Part shown: positions 8,914-19,643 of the stretch, in pieces
How positions within the stretch are numbered: the stretch's first letter is position 1
How the letters are laid out: each line of letters begins with the position of its first letter
Assembly (NCBI GenBank): GCA_964399295.1
Contig: CAYNQD010000001.1
Location: 86,454-150,453 of the forward strand
DNA length: 64,000 nucleotides
Direction: 5' to 3'
Source: an uncultured Candidatus Saccharibacteria bacterium
Lineage (GTDB): Bacteria; Patescibacteriota; Minisyncoccia; Phycocordibacterales; UBA918
Made by a program: the position numbers and the translations under genes
Notes under the pieces: model-generated
What the model saw: the letters and a program-made list of their open reading frames with translations, nothing else
Told to the model about the DNA's origin: nothing
Database searches by the model: none

Positions 8914-10086
8914 TTATTGAATATTTAGCCATTCAGTAGCAATTTGTTGTCTAACAGCTTCGCTGACCTCGTGAATCACGTGATGGTCTAAGTTGTTTTC
9001 GACCAAACGTTTACAGCCTTCAGCCATTTCAGCAAAAACTAAATCCATAGTTTCGTCTGGACAGCTCCCGATAAGGAAATTCACTGCAGCACCGTTTCTA
9101 AGTACATGGACCGTTTTGCCTGAATGCATTACATATTCTGTAATCATCTTGCTGGTGTGTTGGATTTGTTTAGCACGACTACGAATACCCGCCATATCAA
9201 GTTCATTTGCCTTTGAGCCAGCACTTGCGAGTATAATCCCGTCATGAGCATCCTGTATATCAGCAATGTTTATTGCCTGTGAACCTGTGGCACTAATAAC
9301 GATATCAGATGTGTTTAGTAAGCTTTCAAGTGTTAGACAAATATTGTGCCTGAAACTTCGTGCTTCAAGTAATTTCAGAGGATTTTTGTCGAATACTATG
9401 GTATGAGCACCGTTTGCTCTTGCTGCAGTAGCAACTCTTCTACCAATCATTCCGTATCCAACGATTCCAACTCTTTTACCAAAAGCACTAACGCCGACAT
9501 TGCGTAGTATAGAGTCGACAGCGAGCCAAGCACTTTCGCCAACAAAAGTAGCTTCTACGTCTTTGATTTCACTTCTTGCTATGGAAAGAATAGGGATGTT
9601 AATTGCCGATAGTGCCTTCACATATCTGTTGTGTCCAAACGTTGTGACCTCAAGGACGCCAATTGGTAATGGTGCGTTCTTTGCGTTTAGTTCAATTAGT
9701 GGTTTTGCGAAGTATCCACCAACATCAATCAATACTAAAGGCTGGGACACTACTCCAAGTTGCCGAGTAATTGTTTCGTGAAGGACTGATGTATTTTCCA
9801 GAGTATCGTAATCAAGTTGTTCGACACGCACACCCATTCGTTCAATATTTGCAATTACCTCTGCGTTCTTTGAAAACGGTTTTGCAAATATGACAGGCAC
9901 TTCATTCCCAAGATTAAGTAGGTGATATACGAATTCTTGCGTGTCGCTAAGAGCGTGCAGTATTCCTATAACACTCATTTTAGGTGTTCGTGATATGATG
10001 GATTTAGTGACAATGAGTTTCTCGTTCGAGAAATTAATCATGGTTAGACTCCTATGTTTGTTGTTTACAAGGTACTTGACTAGCAA
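8914..10086 (-). CDS. Adenosylhomocysteinase (AhcY)-like NAD-binding protein
   Basis: [31 protein letters not shown] Rossmann segment aligns with AhcY [40 protein letters not shown] resembles [25 protein letters not shown] resembles RIILLAEGRLVNLGCA. Confidence 0.4.
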   Translation of the reverse strand: [390 protein letters not shown]

Positions 10087-10129
10087 TAAAGTACAATACT
10101 TTTTGTTTTATGTCTACACAAATTGTGGA

Positions 10130-10172
10130 GGCATAAAAAAGTACGGTTTTTCTTTAGAAAAACCGTACTGTG
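10130..10172 (-). terminator. Rho-independent terminator downstream of the secreted SLT-like gene
   Basis: aaaagtacggttttt/aaaaaccgtact inverted repeat (about 12-bp stem). On the minus strand it is followed by ttttttat. Confidence 0.45.
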
Positions 10173-10187
10173 ATGGGATTGGCCAGA

Positions 10188-10700
10188 TTAAACTCTTTGC
10201 CCCCAGCAATGCTTGGAGGCGTTCCAGGGATTGAGTCCGTATTTTTGGACCAGATGACTAACAAACTCATAATAGTCGTTATCATCATCCAAATTGAGAC
10301 CTCTTTTTTTTAATTCCGGTTTGTGCACTTTTGCGTGCACTTGGAATATCCCCATAGCTGGAGAGCCGCCCGTATTTTGTAGCAGCCTCCCTTTTTCGTC
10401 ACGGTGTTGAAATCCCGACTCGCATTGAGCAACATGAAACATTGCCCCGATATACTCATCGGGTAGTAGGTTTTTGATTTTCGTGATGTGCCGCATGGTA
10501 TCTGATACCAAGTGTGGCAACAGCTTCTGATCCTCGTATCGGTTGCGGTGGATGTTGGTATAATCCAATTCCCACAGCTTCTGGCTAAGATCCTGCTCGA
10601 AATACGGATAACTGTCTTTATCCGTATTTGTTGTGTTAAGAAATAAAAATACTAATAATACTAAAAAAAGTATTATAGGGGTTCTGATTTCTGAATACAA
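10188..10700 (-). CDS. Secreted lytic transglycosylase (SLT/GH23-like) protein
   Basis: N-terminal hydrophobic signal/anchor (IILFLVLLVFLFL). AQCESGFQH ... GGSPAMGIFQV resembles the SLT E-S ... GLMQI pattern. Confidence 0.4.
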   Translation of the reverse strand: MYSEIRTPIILFLVLLVFLFLNTTNTDKDSYPYFEQDLSQKLWELDYTNIHRNRYEDQKLLPHLVSDTMRHITKIKNLLPDEYIGAMFHVAQCESGFQHRDEKGRLLQNTGGSPAMGIFQVHAKVHKPELKKRGLNLDDDNDYYEFVSHLVQKYGLNPWNASKHCWGQRV

Positions 10701-10895
10701 AATAACTTCTCCTTAAAAAAGTTGAAAGAACTTTCCTCACCAATAATTTATCGGTGTTAGCCTGTAAGACGGATTAAGTGTAACTTTCTTACAAAAGTAC
10801 TCTTTTCCTCCATCTAATCCCCAGATTCAACTTGACTATATATTGATAGGTAGTAAGATGACCGCATTGTAATTTTTAGGCCGAAGCTCGGGGAG

Positions 10896-11252
10896 TTGTT
10901 GCTCTGCAATGATAGCAAAGTTACGGTTTTCGATAAAAATAAAACTAAAAACATGTCATTTAATACTATTATCGAAGCGGAAAAAGAGGCTGATTTTATC
11001 GTTGGCGCGGCTAAGGACAAGTCGAAACAAATGGTAGAGGAAGCCTCAGCCAAGCAAAAAAAAGATATCGAAGAAGCAAAAAGTACCGGCGAAGCCAAGA
11101 TGCGGGAAGACTTGCTGGTCTTTGAGGGTGAGTTGAATCAGACAATAGAAGCTGAGCGAAAAAAAGCTGACGAGCAGATAAAAGTGCTTGAACAAAACGT
11201 AGTGAAGCAAAAAACAGCGGCTTTAGAGCGTATAATCGGAAGTTTTAAATAA
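10896..11252 (+). CDS. V/A-type ATPase peripheral-stalk subunit (G/H-like, NtpF position)
   Basis: 118 aa, highly charged coiled-coil (EAEKEADFIVGAAKDKSKQMVEEASAKQKKDIEEAK). It is the first gene of the operon, as ntpF is in ntpFIKECGABD. Confidence 0.5.
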   Translation: MLLCNDSKVTVFDKNKTKNMSFNTIIEAEKEADFIVGAAKDKSKQMVEEASAKQKKDIEEAKSTGEAKMREDLLVFEGELNQTIEAERKKADEQIKVLEQNVVKQKTAALERIIGSFK

Positions 11253-11255
11253 TTT

Positions 11256-13244
11256 ATGGCTGTAGTTCCCATTAGCAAGGTGCGTATTTTGTCCTACCGT
11301 AGCGATGTGGCTAAAATGCTGGATATCGTGCAAAGGGCTGGGGCTATTGAATTTAAAGAGGTGGCGGAGATTAAGGATTTTTCGGTCGAAGCTGTCGTTT
11401 TAGGCAAAAACTACCAAGATTTGATTAGTAAAATCAAGCATAATATTGATATTTTAGGCCATTACGAGGTGAAGATGGGTACTTTGGCCAAATTAAAGCA
11501 GGGCACGACCATCAATCTTTCCGAATCGCAGCTGGCTGAGCAGCTGGTGGATAATTCAGAGCTGGAAGCCATTTTTGAGGAAATTAGAGCGGGGCATGAC
11601 GAGGAGGTTAATTTAAAGGAGCAAATACGAGTTGCTGGCGAAAGGAAAAAACAATTGTTGCCGTGGCAATCTTTAACAATACCAATGCAAAGCTTGCTGA
11701 CCAAATCCACCAACACCTATCTGCTTAGGGTTAAAAAAATAAAGAGTAAGGGCATTGATCCGAAGAAGCCAATGGCTAAAAAAATTGAAGCGGTGCTTGA
11801 TGACGCCGGCTTTTTGTCTTACGTGGAGGAGGTTAACAGATCTTTGTTTAGCGTGACTGTTTATAGGACTCCAAACGCAAGTTTGTTGCCTGAAATAATA
11901 AAGCTACTTCGGGCGGAATCTGCTTTGTTGCCGGTTGGTGAAGGGACTATTGCTTCCAATCTGGCTACGTTGGAAAAAAAAGCTGTTGAGCTGGAAAAAA
12001 GCTACCAAGAGGCGCAGCTTAAAATGGCTGAACTGGCGCAAAAATATCTAAGAAAGCTCAAAATTGCTCATGATGTTTGGGTTTGGAACCATGACAAGAA
12101 TGCCGCGGCGGAGTTTGGAAAATCTTCAAAATATCTGACGATTTTTGAAGGTTGGTGCAATCAGCAAATCCTGCCCCAGCTTGAAGCCGACTTGACCAAG
12201 GCTGGAGTAATATTTAATATTTCTGACATACCACTGCTGGCAAAGGAATCTTCGCCGGTAGAAATTAAAAATAATCCGTTGGTGGAGCCGTTTGAGGTTG
12301 TGACTCGCTTGGGGGGATTGCCCGGCCCCAGAGATATTGACCCAACGCCATTTATGGCCTTTTTCTTCCTTTTCTTTGCTGCCATGTCTTTGACTGATTC
12401 GGGGTATGGTTTGCTCTTGATGGCTTTTACTTTTCCGGTGGCTTTTTATTTTGCGGTGTCAAAGCAGGTGAAGCTATTTGCGCGGCTGCTATTTATGGTG
12501 GGGGCGGCTACTGTTGTCATGGGCTTATTCTTCGGCGGTTATTTTGGCATCAGCATGAGTCAAATGCCTCAATTCTTGCAAGATTTGCAGGTATTTAATC
12601 CGGTGAACGACCCGCTTAAGGTCTTTGGCTTTGCTTTGATTTTGGGTATTATTCAGGTAATGTTTGGGATGACGCTGGGAATCTTGCGTGAAGCTAAAAA
12701 TGGTCAAGTCATGCAGGGAGTGTTGGACAAAGGGCCTTGGCTTTTGTTATTCATTACACTAATTCTTTATGGAATGTCCAGTATTGGTTTTATTGCCGGT
12801 AGTGTTGATTTTTATCTAAATTTTGTCTACGCGGCGGTGGCAATCATCATGCTTACCAGCGCGCGCAAAGGGGTTGGTATATTTGATAAAATTAAGAAAG
12901 GCGTTTTGAGTTTGTACGGTTCTGTCTCTTACTTCTCAGATATATTGTCCTACTCACGACTTTTGGCTTTGGGGCTAGCTACCAGCGCCTTGGCTTTTGC
13001 TGTAAACTTAATCGCCGGTATCGTGAATGACCTTATCCCCGTTATTGGATTTATAGCGGCAGGTTTGGTTTTGGTTTTTGGACACATGCTGACTTTAGCT
13101 ATAAACACTCTCGGCGCTTTTATCCATAGTGCTCGTTTGCAGTTTATTGAGTTTTTTGGTAAGTTTGTTGTCGAATCTGGTAGGCTTTTTAAGCCTCTAA
13201 CTAGAAAGGAGTCGTATGTAAACTTTAAAAAGGATAGTGGTTGA
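11256..13244 (+). CDS. atpI: V/A-type ATPase subunit I (a-subunit, membrane stator)
   Basis: 662 aa. N-terminal soluble coiled-coil half plus C-terminal polytopic membrane half. Located between the G-like and proteolipid genes. Confidence 0.8.
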   Translation: MAVVPISKVRILSYRSDVAKMLDIVQRAGAIEFKEVAEIKDFSVEAVVLGKNYQDLISKIKHNIDILGHYEVKMGTLAKLKQGTTINLSESQLAEQLVDNSELEAIFEEIRAGHDEEVNLKEQIRVAGERKKQLLPWQSLTIPMQSLLTKSTNTYLLRVKKIKSKGIDPKKPMAKKIEAVLDDAGFLSYVEEVNRSLFSVTVYRTPNASLLPEIIKLLRAESALLPVGEGTIASNLATLEKKAVELEKSYQEAQLKMAELAQKYLRKLKIAHDVWVWNHDKNAAAEFGKSSKYLTIFEGWCNQQILPQLEADLTKAGVIFNISDIPLLAKESSPVEIKNNPLVEPFEVVTRLGGLPGPRDIDPTPFMAFFFLFFAAMSLTDSGYGLLLMAFTFPVAFYFAVSKQVKLFARLLFMVGAATVVMGLFFGGYFGISMSQMPQFLQDLQVFNPVNDPLKVFGFALILGIIQVMFGMTLGILREAKNGQVMQGVLDKGPWLLLFITLILYGMSSIGFIAGSVDFYLNFVYAAVAIIMLTSARKGVGIFDKIKKGVLSLYGSVSYFSDILSYSRLLALGLATSALAFAVNLIAGIVNDLIPVIGFIAAGLVLVFGHMLTLAINTLGAFIHSARLQFIEFFGKFVVESGRLFKPLTRKESYVNFKKDSG

Positions 13245-13295
13245 GATTAGGTTTTCACTGCCTTTTAATTATTAAAAATTTAAAAAAAATAAAAT

Positions 13296-13778
13296 ATGGA
13301 ATTTTCGATGGGAGTAATTTTAGTATTCGTAGGAGCCTTGATTTGTGCTTTGCTTGGTTTTCTTGGTTCGGCTATCGGTATGAGAGGTATCGGTAAAGCT
13401 GCTACTGGTGTTATTAGTGAAAGACCGGAATTGGCCGGTAAGATGATTGTGCTTCAGGCTTTGCTGGGTTCACAGGGTATTTACGGCTTAGTGGGAGCTT
13501 TTTTGCTTTTAAATTTCTCCGGAATTTTGGGCGCGACTGAGCTGCCTTCAATTGATACTATGACCGGTATTCTATTTCTGATAGCTGGTTTGCCGATTGG
13601 TATTTCCGGCTTGTTTACCGCTATGTTTCAGGGAGCGGTGGCTTCATCAGCGGTTTTGATGGTTTCAAAAAATGAGTCAAGTTTGGGATCAGGCATTATC
13701 TTGGTCGCTATGATCGAGACCTGGGCCATCTTTGGTATCCTACTTAGCTTCATTTTCCTGACCTCTATTGGTTCTTAA
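13296..13778 (+). CDS. atpK: V/A-type ATPase proteolipid subunit K (c-ring)
   Basis: 160 aa, four hydrophobic helices (duplicated hairpin). Conserved carboxylate in the last helix (VAMIETWAIFGILL). Confidence 0.8.
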   Translation: MEFSMGVILVFVGALICALLGFLGSAIGMRGIGKAATGVISERPELAGKMIVLQALLGSQGIYGLVGAFLLLNFSGILGATELPSIDTMTGILFLIAGLPIGISGLFTAMFQGAVASSAVLMVSKNESSLGSGIILVAMIETWAIFGILLSFIFLTSIGS

Positions 13779-13789
13779 GCTAAAAAGCG

Positions 13790-14362
13790 ATGTCACTGCA
13801 AGCAATAGTTGAAAAAATAAAGACTGAAGCGCAAACTGAAGCGCAAAAGCTGCTTTCTGTGGCTGAGGATAATTCTCTGGAAATAAAAGAGGAAACGCAA
13901 AACCAAATCAATGAAATTAAAAACAATTTTCAGACGATTCTTGACAAGCAGAAAGAGAAAAAAAGAACTATCGTTCATTCTTTGGAAAGACAAAAATTAG
14001 CTCTGGCCGCACAGACCGTGAAAAGACGATTACTCGACAGTGTTTATTATGAAGCGTTGGAAACGATAATCAAGCTGCCGGCCAATGAATATATTGCAAT
14101 ATTTGTCGGTAAGTACGAAAAACTTGTACCTAAGGATGTTGAGATTGATTTGATTTTGGCGCCAGAAGCCAGACAAGCCGAAACCGCCGAAATCTGTAAG
14201 GCTTTAAATTGGTCGGCACAGGTGGAAGTAAGCCTTAATTTGCGTGGTGGTTGTATTCTAAAAAGTAAGAACTTTGAGTACGATCTATCAATCGAAAAAT
14301 TATTCACCGACACGCGTTCTAATTCTGAAATTGAAATCGCGCAGTTGTTATTCCGGAAGTAA
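13790..14362 (+). CDS. atpE: V/A-type ATPase subunit E
   Basis: 190 aa. N-terminal long charged helix (KIKTEAQTEAQKLL...) and C-terminal globular part. Position in operon. Confidence 0.6.
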   Translation: MSLQAIVEKIKTEAQTEAQKLLSVAEDNSLEIKEETQNQINEIKNNFQTILDKQKEKKRTIVHSLERQKLALAAQTVKRRLLDSVYYEALETIIKLPANEYIAIFVGKYEKLVPKDVEIDLILAPEARQAETAEICKALNWSAQVEVSLNLRGGCILKSKNFEYDLSIEKLFTDTRSNSEIEIAQLLFRK

Positions 14363-14383
14363 TATTATTTGTCATAATTTCTC

Positions 14384-15382
14384 ATGGGAACGTCCTATAC
14401 TTACAGTGCCAGTCGAGTAAAAACTATCGAAAGATTGTTTCTTACCGCTGCCGATATAGAGCGTTTGCTTTCAGCCGCTCCTGGGGCGGAGCTGGTGCAG
14501 GAATTAAAAGACACTTATCTCTCTGAATATATTGCCGGCAACGATATTGAAAGTGTATTCAAAGCGCTAGAGCAAAGCAAAATCGAAACTAAAATTCTTT
14601 TGGAAAAAATATCACCCAAGCCAACTCTGTTTGATTTTGTTTGGGTTCGTTACGATTTTCATAATTTGCGTTTGTTTTTGCGGGCAAAAGCAGCTGGCCT
14701 TAGTCTTGATGAAGTGAGGGTGTACATGTCGACTCTAGGAACGCATAATCCTGACCGACTGCATGAATTGGTTGAAAGTGGCAGCAATATCGACGATAGT
14801 CCGGAAAAATTAGACGCGGATTTGAAAGCAGCCTACAAAAACGCCCTCAAAGTAATGAATGAAAAGGAAATTGCTTTCGCTGACATTGAAATGGATAAAA
14901 GTTATTTTGCCATTATTAAGAAATTGGCTGATAAGTCTAAAAATTCTGTTATAAAAGAAATTGTAAAGTTGCAGATAGATTTATTTAATCTCAAAACCAA
15001 ATTACGCATTTTGTTGGTTCCTAGAGTTGAAGATGACAGGCTTTGGTTTGTGGAGGGTGGTAGTTTTTCTCTGGTTGAAATTGAAACCAAAGAAAAAACC
15101 GTGAAGAAACTAAAGACTTTTGGTGATGAAAAATATTGGCGGGAGGCTTTGCTTTCATACGAAAAGGAAGGAAACCTAACTTCTCTTGACGCTAAAATTG
15201 ATGATTATTTGCTGTCGCGGATAATCAAATCAAACCAAGAAGTTTTCTCTTTTTCTACGCTGTTGGCACACGTTGTCAAGGTGCAAAACATGGCTTTGAT
15301 TATTCAGGCGATAGTGGCAGGCAAAGACAGCGGGCAAAACGAGTTGGCGATAAGAGAACAATTAAGAACTATCTATGTCTAA
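14384..15382 (+). CDS. atpC: V/A-type ATPase subunit C (d-subunit)
   Basis: 332 aa, all-alpha. Position between E and F. Its last 8 nt overlap the next gene. Confidence 0.6.
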   Translation: MGTSYTYSASRVKTIERLFLTAADIERLLSAAPGAELVQELKDTYLSEYIAGNDIESVFKALEQSKIETKILLEKISPKPTLFDFVWVRYDFHNLRLFLRAKAAGLSLDEVRVYMSTLGTHNPDRLHELVESGSNIDDSPEKLDADLKAAYKNALKVMNEKEIAFADIEMDKSYFAIIKKLADKSKNSVIKEIVKLQIDLFNLKTKLRILLVPRVEDDRLWFVEGGSFSLVEIETKEKTVKKLKTFGDEKYWREALLSYEKEGNLTSLDAKIDDYLLSRIIKSNQEVFSFSTLLAHVVKVQNMALIIQAIVAGKDSGQNELAIREQLRTIYV

Positions 15383-15728
15383 AAATCCCAATCAATACAA
15401 AATTGCCATTATTGGCCCGAGCAACGTCGTGTCGGGGTTTAAGGCTCTGGGTGTGGACGCTTTTACCGCTCAAAAATCAGATGAAGTGATTTTGCAATTG
15501 AAGAAGATTAAACAAATAAACAACAGCGAAAACGAGTCGGCTGCCTACGCCGTGGTCTGCATCATTGAGGACTTGATGTTGGATATTGATGAAAAAGAGT
15601 ACGCCAAAGCCGTGCACGGGCCGCTACCGGCGGTGGTGATGTTGCCAAGTTCTAAAGGCAGCCAAGGCTTAGCCGAGGCGCGCTTGCGGAAACTGTCGGA
15701 AAAGGCCATCGGCGCGTCGATTTTTTAA
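15375..15728 (+). CDS. atpF: V/A-type ATPase subunit F
   Basis: 117 aa. [28 protein letters not shown] is a typical subunit-F start. Immediately upstream of A. Confidence 0.6.
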   Translation: MSKNPNQYKIAIIGPSNVVSGFKALGVDAFTAQKSDEVILQLKKIKQINNSENESAAYAVVCIIEDLMLDIDEKEYAKAVHGPLPAVVMLPSSKGSQGLAEARLRKLSEKAIGASIF

Positions 15729-15753
15729 AAGCTTTATTATTAAATTTATTACC

Positions 15754-17553
15754 ATGACAAACACAATTAACACACAAGAAATTACAAAAACAGGAAAGAT
15801 TGTCCGAGTAACCGGACCATTGGTGCGCGCTAGCGGCATGTCTAGCGCCAAGCTTTATGAATTGGTGAAAGTTTCAGAAGAACGTCTGCTTGGAGAAATA
15901 ATTGAGTTGCATGGTGATATTGCTTCGATTCAGGTGTATGAAGAAACAGCAGGTATCGGGCCTGGTGATCCTGTATATCGTACCGGCAAGACCATGTCTG
16001 TTGTTTTGGCTCCTGGACTCCTTGAGTCCATCTATGATGGAGTACAAAGGCCTCTCAAAAGCATAGAAGCGGCTTCCGGCTCTTTTTACATTAAGCGAGG
16101 AATCGACGCCGAGGCTTTGGACAAAACCAAGAAATGGGATTTTAAAGCCACGGCCAAAGTCGGTGACAAAGTAATTGGTGGTGATATTTTGGGTATGGTT
16201 GATGAAACTAAGCTGATTGTTCACAAGATAATGGTACCGCCTAATTTGTCTGGAACGATAAGCAGTCTCAAATCCGGTAGTTTTAATATTACTGAAACTA
16301 TAGCCGAGATAAAAACCGAATCAGGCGAAATTGTACCGGTGACGATGCTTCAGTATTGGCCGATTCGTGAGCCGCGTCCAAAAAACAAAAAAATATTTCC
16401 TTCAGAACCACTTCTAACTGGTGTACGCTCAGTTGATACTTTTTTCCCAATTGCCAAGGGCGGGGCTGGTTCTGTTCCTGGGCCGTTTGGTGCTGGTAAG
16501 ACCGTGATTCAGCAATCAATTTCTAAATATTGTAACGCGGAAGTGATTGTTTACATCGGCTGTGGTGAGCGTGGTAATGAAATGACAGAAGTACTTTCTG
16601 AATTTCCGCATCTGATAGACCCAAACTCTGGTGAGTCTTTGATGAAGCGCACAATCCTGATTGCTAATACTTCAAACATGCCGGTAGCTGCTCGTGAGGC
16701 TTCTATTTATACGGGTATTACTATCGCTGAGTATTATCGTGACATGGGCTACAATGTAGCCTTGATGGCCGACTCGACTTCACGCTGGGCTGAGGCGATG
16801 CGTGAGATTTCCGGCCGTTTGGAAGAAATGCCAGGCGAGGAAGGTTATCCGGCTTATTTGTCATCGCGCACAGCGCAATTTTACGAACGAGCGGGGGTGG
16901 TGGAAACTCTTGGTTCGGAAGGACGTACCGGCTCCTTGACGGTGATTGGCGCCGTGTCGCCACCGGGCGGGGATTTGTCTGAGCCGGTATCGCAATCAAC
17001 TTTGCGTGTAACCAAAACTTTCTGGTCGCTGGATGCTGGCTTGGCTTACAAAAAACATTTTCCCTCTATAAATTGGCTGTCTTCATACTCTTTGTACGTG
17101 GACAACTTCACTGATTTCTGGCGTGAAAAAGTAGCTCCGGATTTTGCTACTATCAGAAAACAAGCCATGGAACTTTTAGAAAAGGAGTCAGCCTTGCTTG
17201 AGATTGTGCGTTTGGTCGGTATGGAATCTTTGTCAAACAATGACAGATTGATTCTTGAAGTGGCTGGCATGTTGCGTGAGGATTTCCTAATGCAAAACGC
17301 TTTTGACAAGGAAGACGCTTACATGCCTATTAAAATTCAATACGGATTATTAAAGGCTATCATGACTTTCTACACGGAAGGCGCGTCTGTGGTAGCCGCT
17401 GATGAATTTGATTTTTCTCTCTTCAAGCAGATGGAAACTTTCAAGGAAGTTGGCCGACTAAAGGACAAGAAAGAACTTTCTGATTATGAAGCTTTCATAG
17501 AGAGGGTTAAAAAAGAAATTAGCGCTTTATCAGCTCAAGCTAACACTAAGTAA
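15754..17553 (+). CDS. atpA: V/A-type ATPase catalytic subunit A
   Basis: 599 aa. P-loop GPFGAGKTV. Non-homologous insert region. CGERGNEM and SRWAEA motifs. Confidence 0.9.
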   Translation: MTNTINTQEITKTGKIVRVTGPLVRASGMSSAKLYELVKVSEERLLGEIIELHGDIASIQVYEETAGIGPGDPVYRTGKTMSVVLAPGLLESIYDGVQRPLKSIEAASGSFYIKRGIDAEALDKTKKWDFKATAKVGDKVIGGDILGMVDETKLIVHKIMVPPNLSGTISSLKSGSFNITETIAEIKTESGEIVPVTMLQYWPIREPRPKNKKIFPSEPLLTGVRSVDTFFPIAKGGAGSVPGPFGAGKTVIQQSISKYCNAEVIVYIGCGERGNEMTEVLSEFPHLIDPNSGESLMKRTILIANTSNMPVAAREASIYTGITIAEYYRDMGYNVALMADSTSRWAEAMREISGRLEEMPGEEGYPAYLSSRTAQFYERAGVVETLGSEGRTGSLTVIGAVSPPGGDLSEPVSQSTLRVTKTFWSLDAGLAYKKHFPSINWLSSYSLYVDNFTDFWREKVAPDFATIRKQAMELLEKESALLEIVRLVGMESLSNNDRLILEVAGMLREDFLMQNAFDKEDAYMPIKIQYGLLKAIMTFYTEGASVVAADEFDFSLFKQMETFKEVGRLKDKKELSDYEAFIERVKKEISALSAQANTK

Positions 17554-17554
17554 C

Positions 17555-18934
17555 ATGAATCAAAAAGAATACAAAACCGTCTCTGCCATTACCGGCCCCT
17601 TGCTGATTGTGGAAGGCATTAGTGGCGTGAAATATGAAGAATTGGTGGAGGTGAATGTGCCTGGGGAGAAGAAGGTTCGTCTGGGAAAGGTTTTGGATAT
17701 TTCGGAGGATAAGGCGGTGGTGCAGATGTTTGACCCAACTACCGGCATGCAAGCGGAAGACACTCGTGTGCGTTTTCGGGGGGAGACTCTAAAGCTTGGC
17801 GTTAGTGAAGATATGCTGGGACGGGTGTTTACCGGATCGGGAGTGGTCAATGACGGCGGGCCGGAAATTATTCCGGAAAAGCGCATCGACATAAACGGCA
17901 ACGCCATCAACCCATACAGCCGCGAATTTCCAAATGATTTTATTCAGACCGGCATCTCATCTATCGACGTGATGAATACTTTGGTGCGCGGCCAGAAGCT
18001 CCCTATCTTCTCGGGAGCCGGTCTTCCGCATTCCAATTTGGCGGCTCAGATTGCTCGCCAAGCCAAGGTAAAGGACGGTGGGGAATTTGCGATTGTGTTT
18101 GCGACTTTAGGAGTTTCTTTTGAAGAAGCGGAATACTTCAGGCGACAATTTCAAGAAGCTGGCTCTTTGGAGCGTAGCGTACTTTTCATCAATACCGCCG
18201 CTGATCCGGTAGTGGAGCGTATTTCTACCCCGCGCATGGCACTCACCACCGCTGAATATCTGGCTTTTGAGAAGGGAATGCACGTGCTGGTAATTCTAAC
18301 GGACATGACCAACTACTGTGAAGCTTTGCGTGAAGTGTCTTCTGTGCGCAAGGAGGTGCCGGGACGGCGCGGTTATCCCGGGTATCTTTATACTGATTTG
18401 TCTACCATTTATGAACGAGCGGGAAGGGTAAGGGGTAAAACCGGCACCATTACACAAATTCCAATTCTCAGTATGCCGGACGACGACAAAACTCATCCGG
18501 TACCAGACTTGACGGGCTATATTACTGAAGGTCAGTTTGTGATTTCTCGTGAACTCTATCGCAAAGGTATTTTACCACCAGTTGACGTGCAAGGTTCACT
18601 TTCAAGACTGTGGGCAGCGGGAGTGGGAGAAGGAAAAACCCGTGACGATCACAAGACTCTGAAAGATCAACTTTTTGCTTCTTATGCTGTGGGCAAGGAG
18701 GTGCGTGAATTGGCCGTGGTGCTGGGCGAGGCTTCGCTTGATGATTCGGACAAGGCCCACTTGCGCTTCGCGGACGCCTTTGAACGCGAATTTGTCGGGC
18801 AGGGCGAATATGAAAATCGCTCTGTGGAAGAATCGCTTGATATCGGCTGGCGACTTTTGACCATGCTTCCGCGGGAGTCACTCAAAAGATTAAAACTCGA
18901 ACTGATAGAGCAATACATGCCGGTGGCAGAGTAG
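17555..18934 (+). CDS. atpB: V/A-type ATPase subunit B (regulatory)
   Basis: 459 aa. [18 protein letters not shown] is a degenerate P-loop characteristic of B subunits. Starts 2 nt after the A stop. Confidence 0.9.
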   Translation: MNQKEYKTVSAITGPLLIVEGISGVKYEELVEVNVPGEKKVRLGKVLDISEDKAVVQMFDPTTGMQAEDTRVRFRGETLKLGVSEDMLGRVFTGSGVVNDGGPEIIPEKRIDINGNAINPYSREFPNDFIQTGISSIDVMNTLVRGQKLPIFSGAGLPHSNLAAQIARQAKVKDGGEFAIVFATLGVSFEEAEYFRRQFQEAGSLERSVLFINTAADPVVERISTPRMALTTAEYLAFEKGMHVLVILTDMTNYCEALREVSSVRKEVPGRRGYPGYLYTDLSTIYERAGRVRGKTGTITQIPILSMPDDDKTHPVPDLTGYITEGQFVISRELYRKGILPPVDVQGSLSRLWAAGVGEGKTRDDHKTLKDQLFASYAVGKEVRELAVVLGEASLDDSDKAHLRFADAFEREFVGQGEYENRSVEESLDIGWRLLTMLPRESLKRLKLELIEQYMPVAE

Positions 18935-18948
18935 TCTTTGTTATACTA

Positions 18949-19581
18949 TTGATTATGATTTTAAAAGTCAGTCCAACTCGAATATCACTTCTAAATCTTA
19001 AGAAGGAAATTAAGGTGGCCAAGAAAGGGCATAAGCTTCTTAAAGATAAACGTGACGGTCTCATCAAAAAATTCATGATGATTATTTTTGAGACTCGTGA
19101 TTTGCGCAAGTCGGTCGAGGAGCGTCTGGGCTTGGCTTTTGACTCTTATCAAAGGTCCAGTGCTGTTACGCCCAGACTAGCGCAAGAAACGGCTCTTTTG
19201 GTGCCAAACGCCAAGATAAGTCTTGAGGTGGCGATAAAAAATGTAATGTCGGTTAAGATTCCGGAATTTAAAATTTCCAAGGAAGGTTCGGCTTTTGCTT
19301 ATGGGTTTTTGGATACGACCGGAGACTTGGATAACGCGATTGTAAAATTTGACGCGGTGTTTGTGGACATTGTGCGGTTGGCGGCTTTGGAAAAAAGCGC
19401 GGAAAATCTGGCGGAAGAAATTGAAAAAACCCGCCGTCGCGTAAGTTCCCTTGAAAACGTGATGATACCCAACCTAGCAGAAACTATAAAATTCATCGCC
19501 ATGCAGCTTGATGAACGCGCCCGCGACGCGATAGTATCTACCATGCGTGTAAAAGCGATGATTGTGGAGAAGGAGGGGTAG
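18949..19581 (+). CDS. atpD: V/A-type ATPase subunit D (central stalk)
   Basis: 210 aa coiled-coil with a KGHKLLKDKRDGL start typical of subunit D. Last gene of the operon. Confidence 0.8.
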   Translation: MIMILKVSPTRISLLNLKKEIKVAKKGHKLLKDKRDGLIKKFMMIIFETRDLRKSVEERLGLAFDSYQRSSAVTPRLAQETALLVPNAKISLEVAIKNVMSVKIPEFKISKEGSAFAYGFLDTTGDLDNAIVKFDAVFVDIVRLAALEKSAENLAEEIEKTRRRVSSLENVMIPNLAETIKFIAMQLDERARDAIVSTMRVKAMIVEKEG

Positions 19582-19643
19582 AGAGTTTTTAGAGATTGTG
19601 AAGACTTAAAAAATATTTGTAGGTTAGGTAATTTTCTCTAAAC

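Noticed and set aside
18522-18918. 119-aa and 78-aa antisense ORFs within atpB
   Set aside because: Nested antisense in a highly conserved gene. Pro/Arg-rich low-complexity products.
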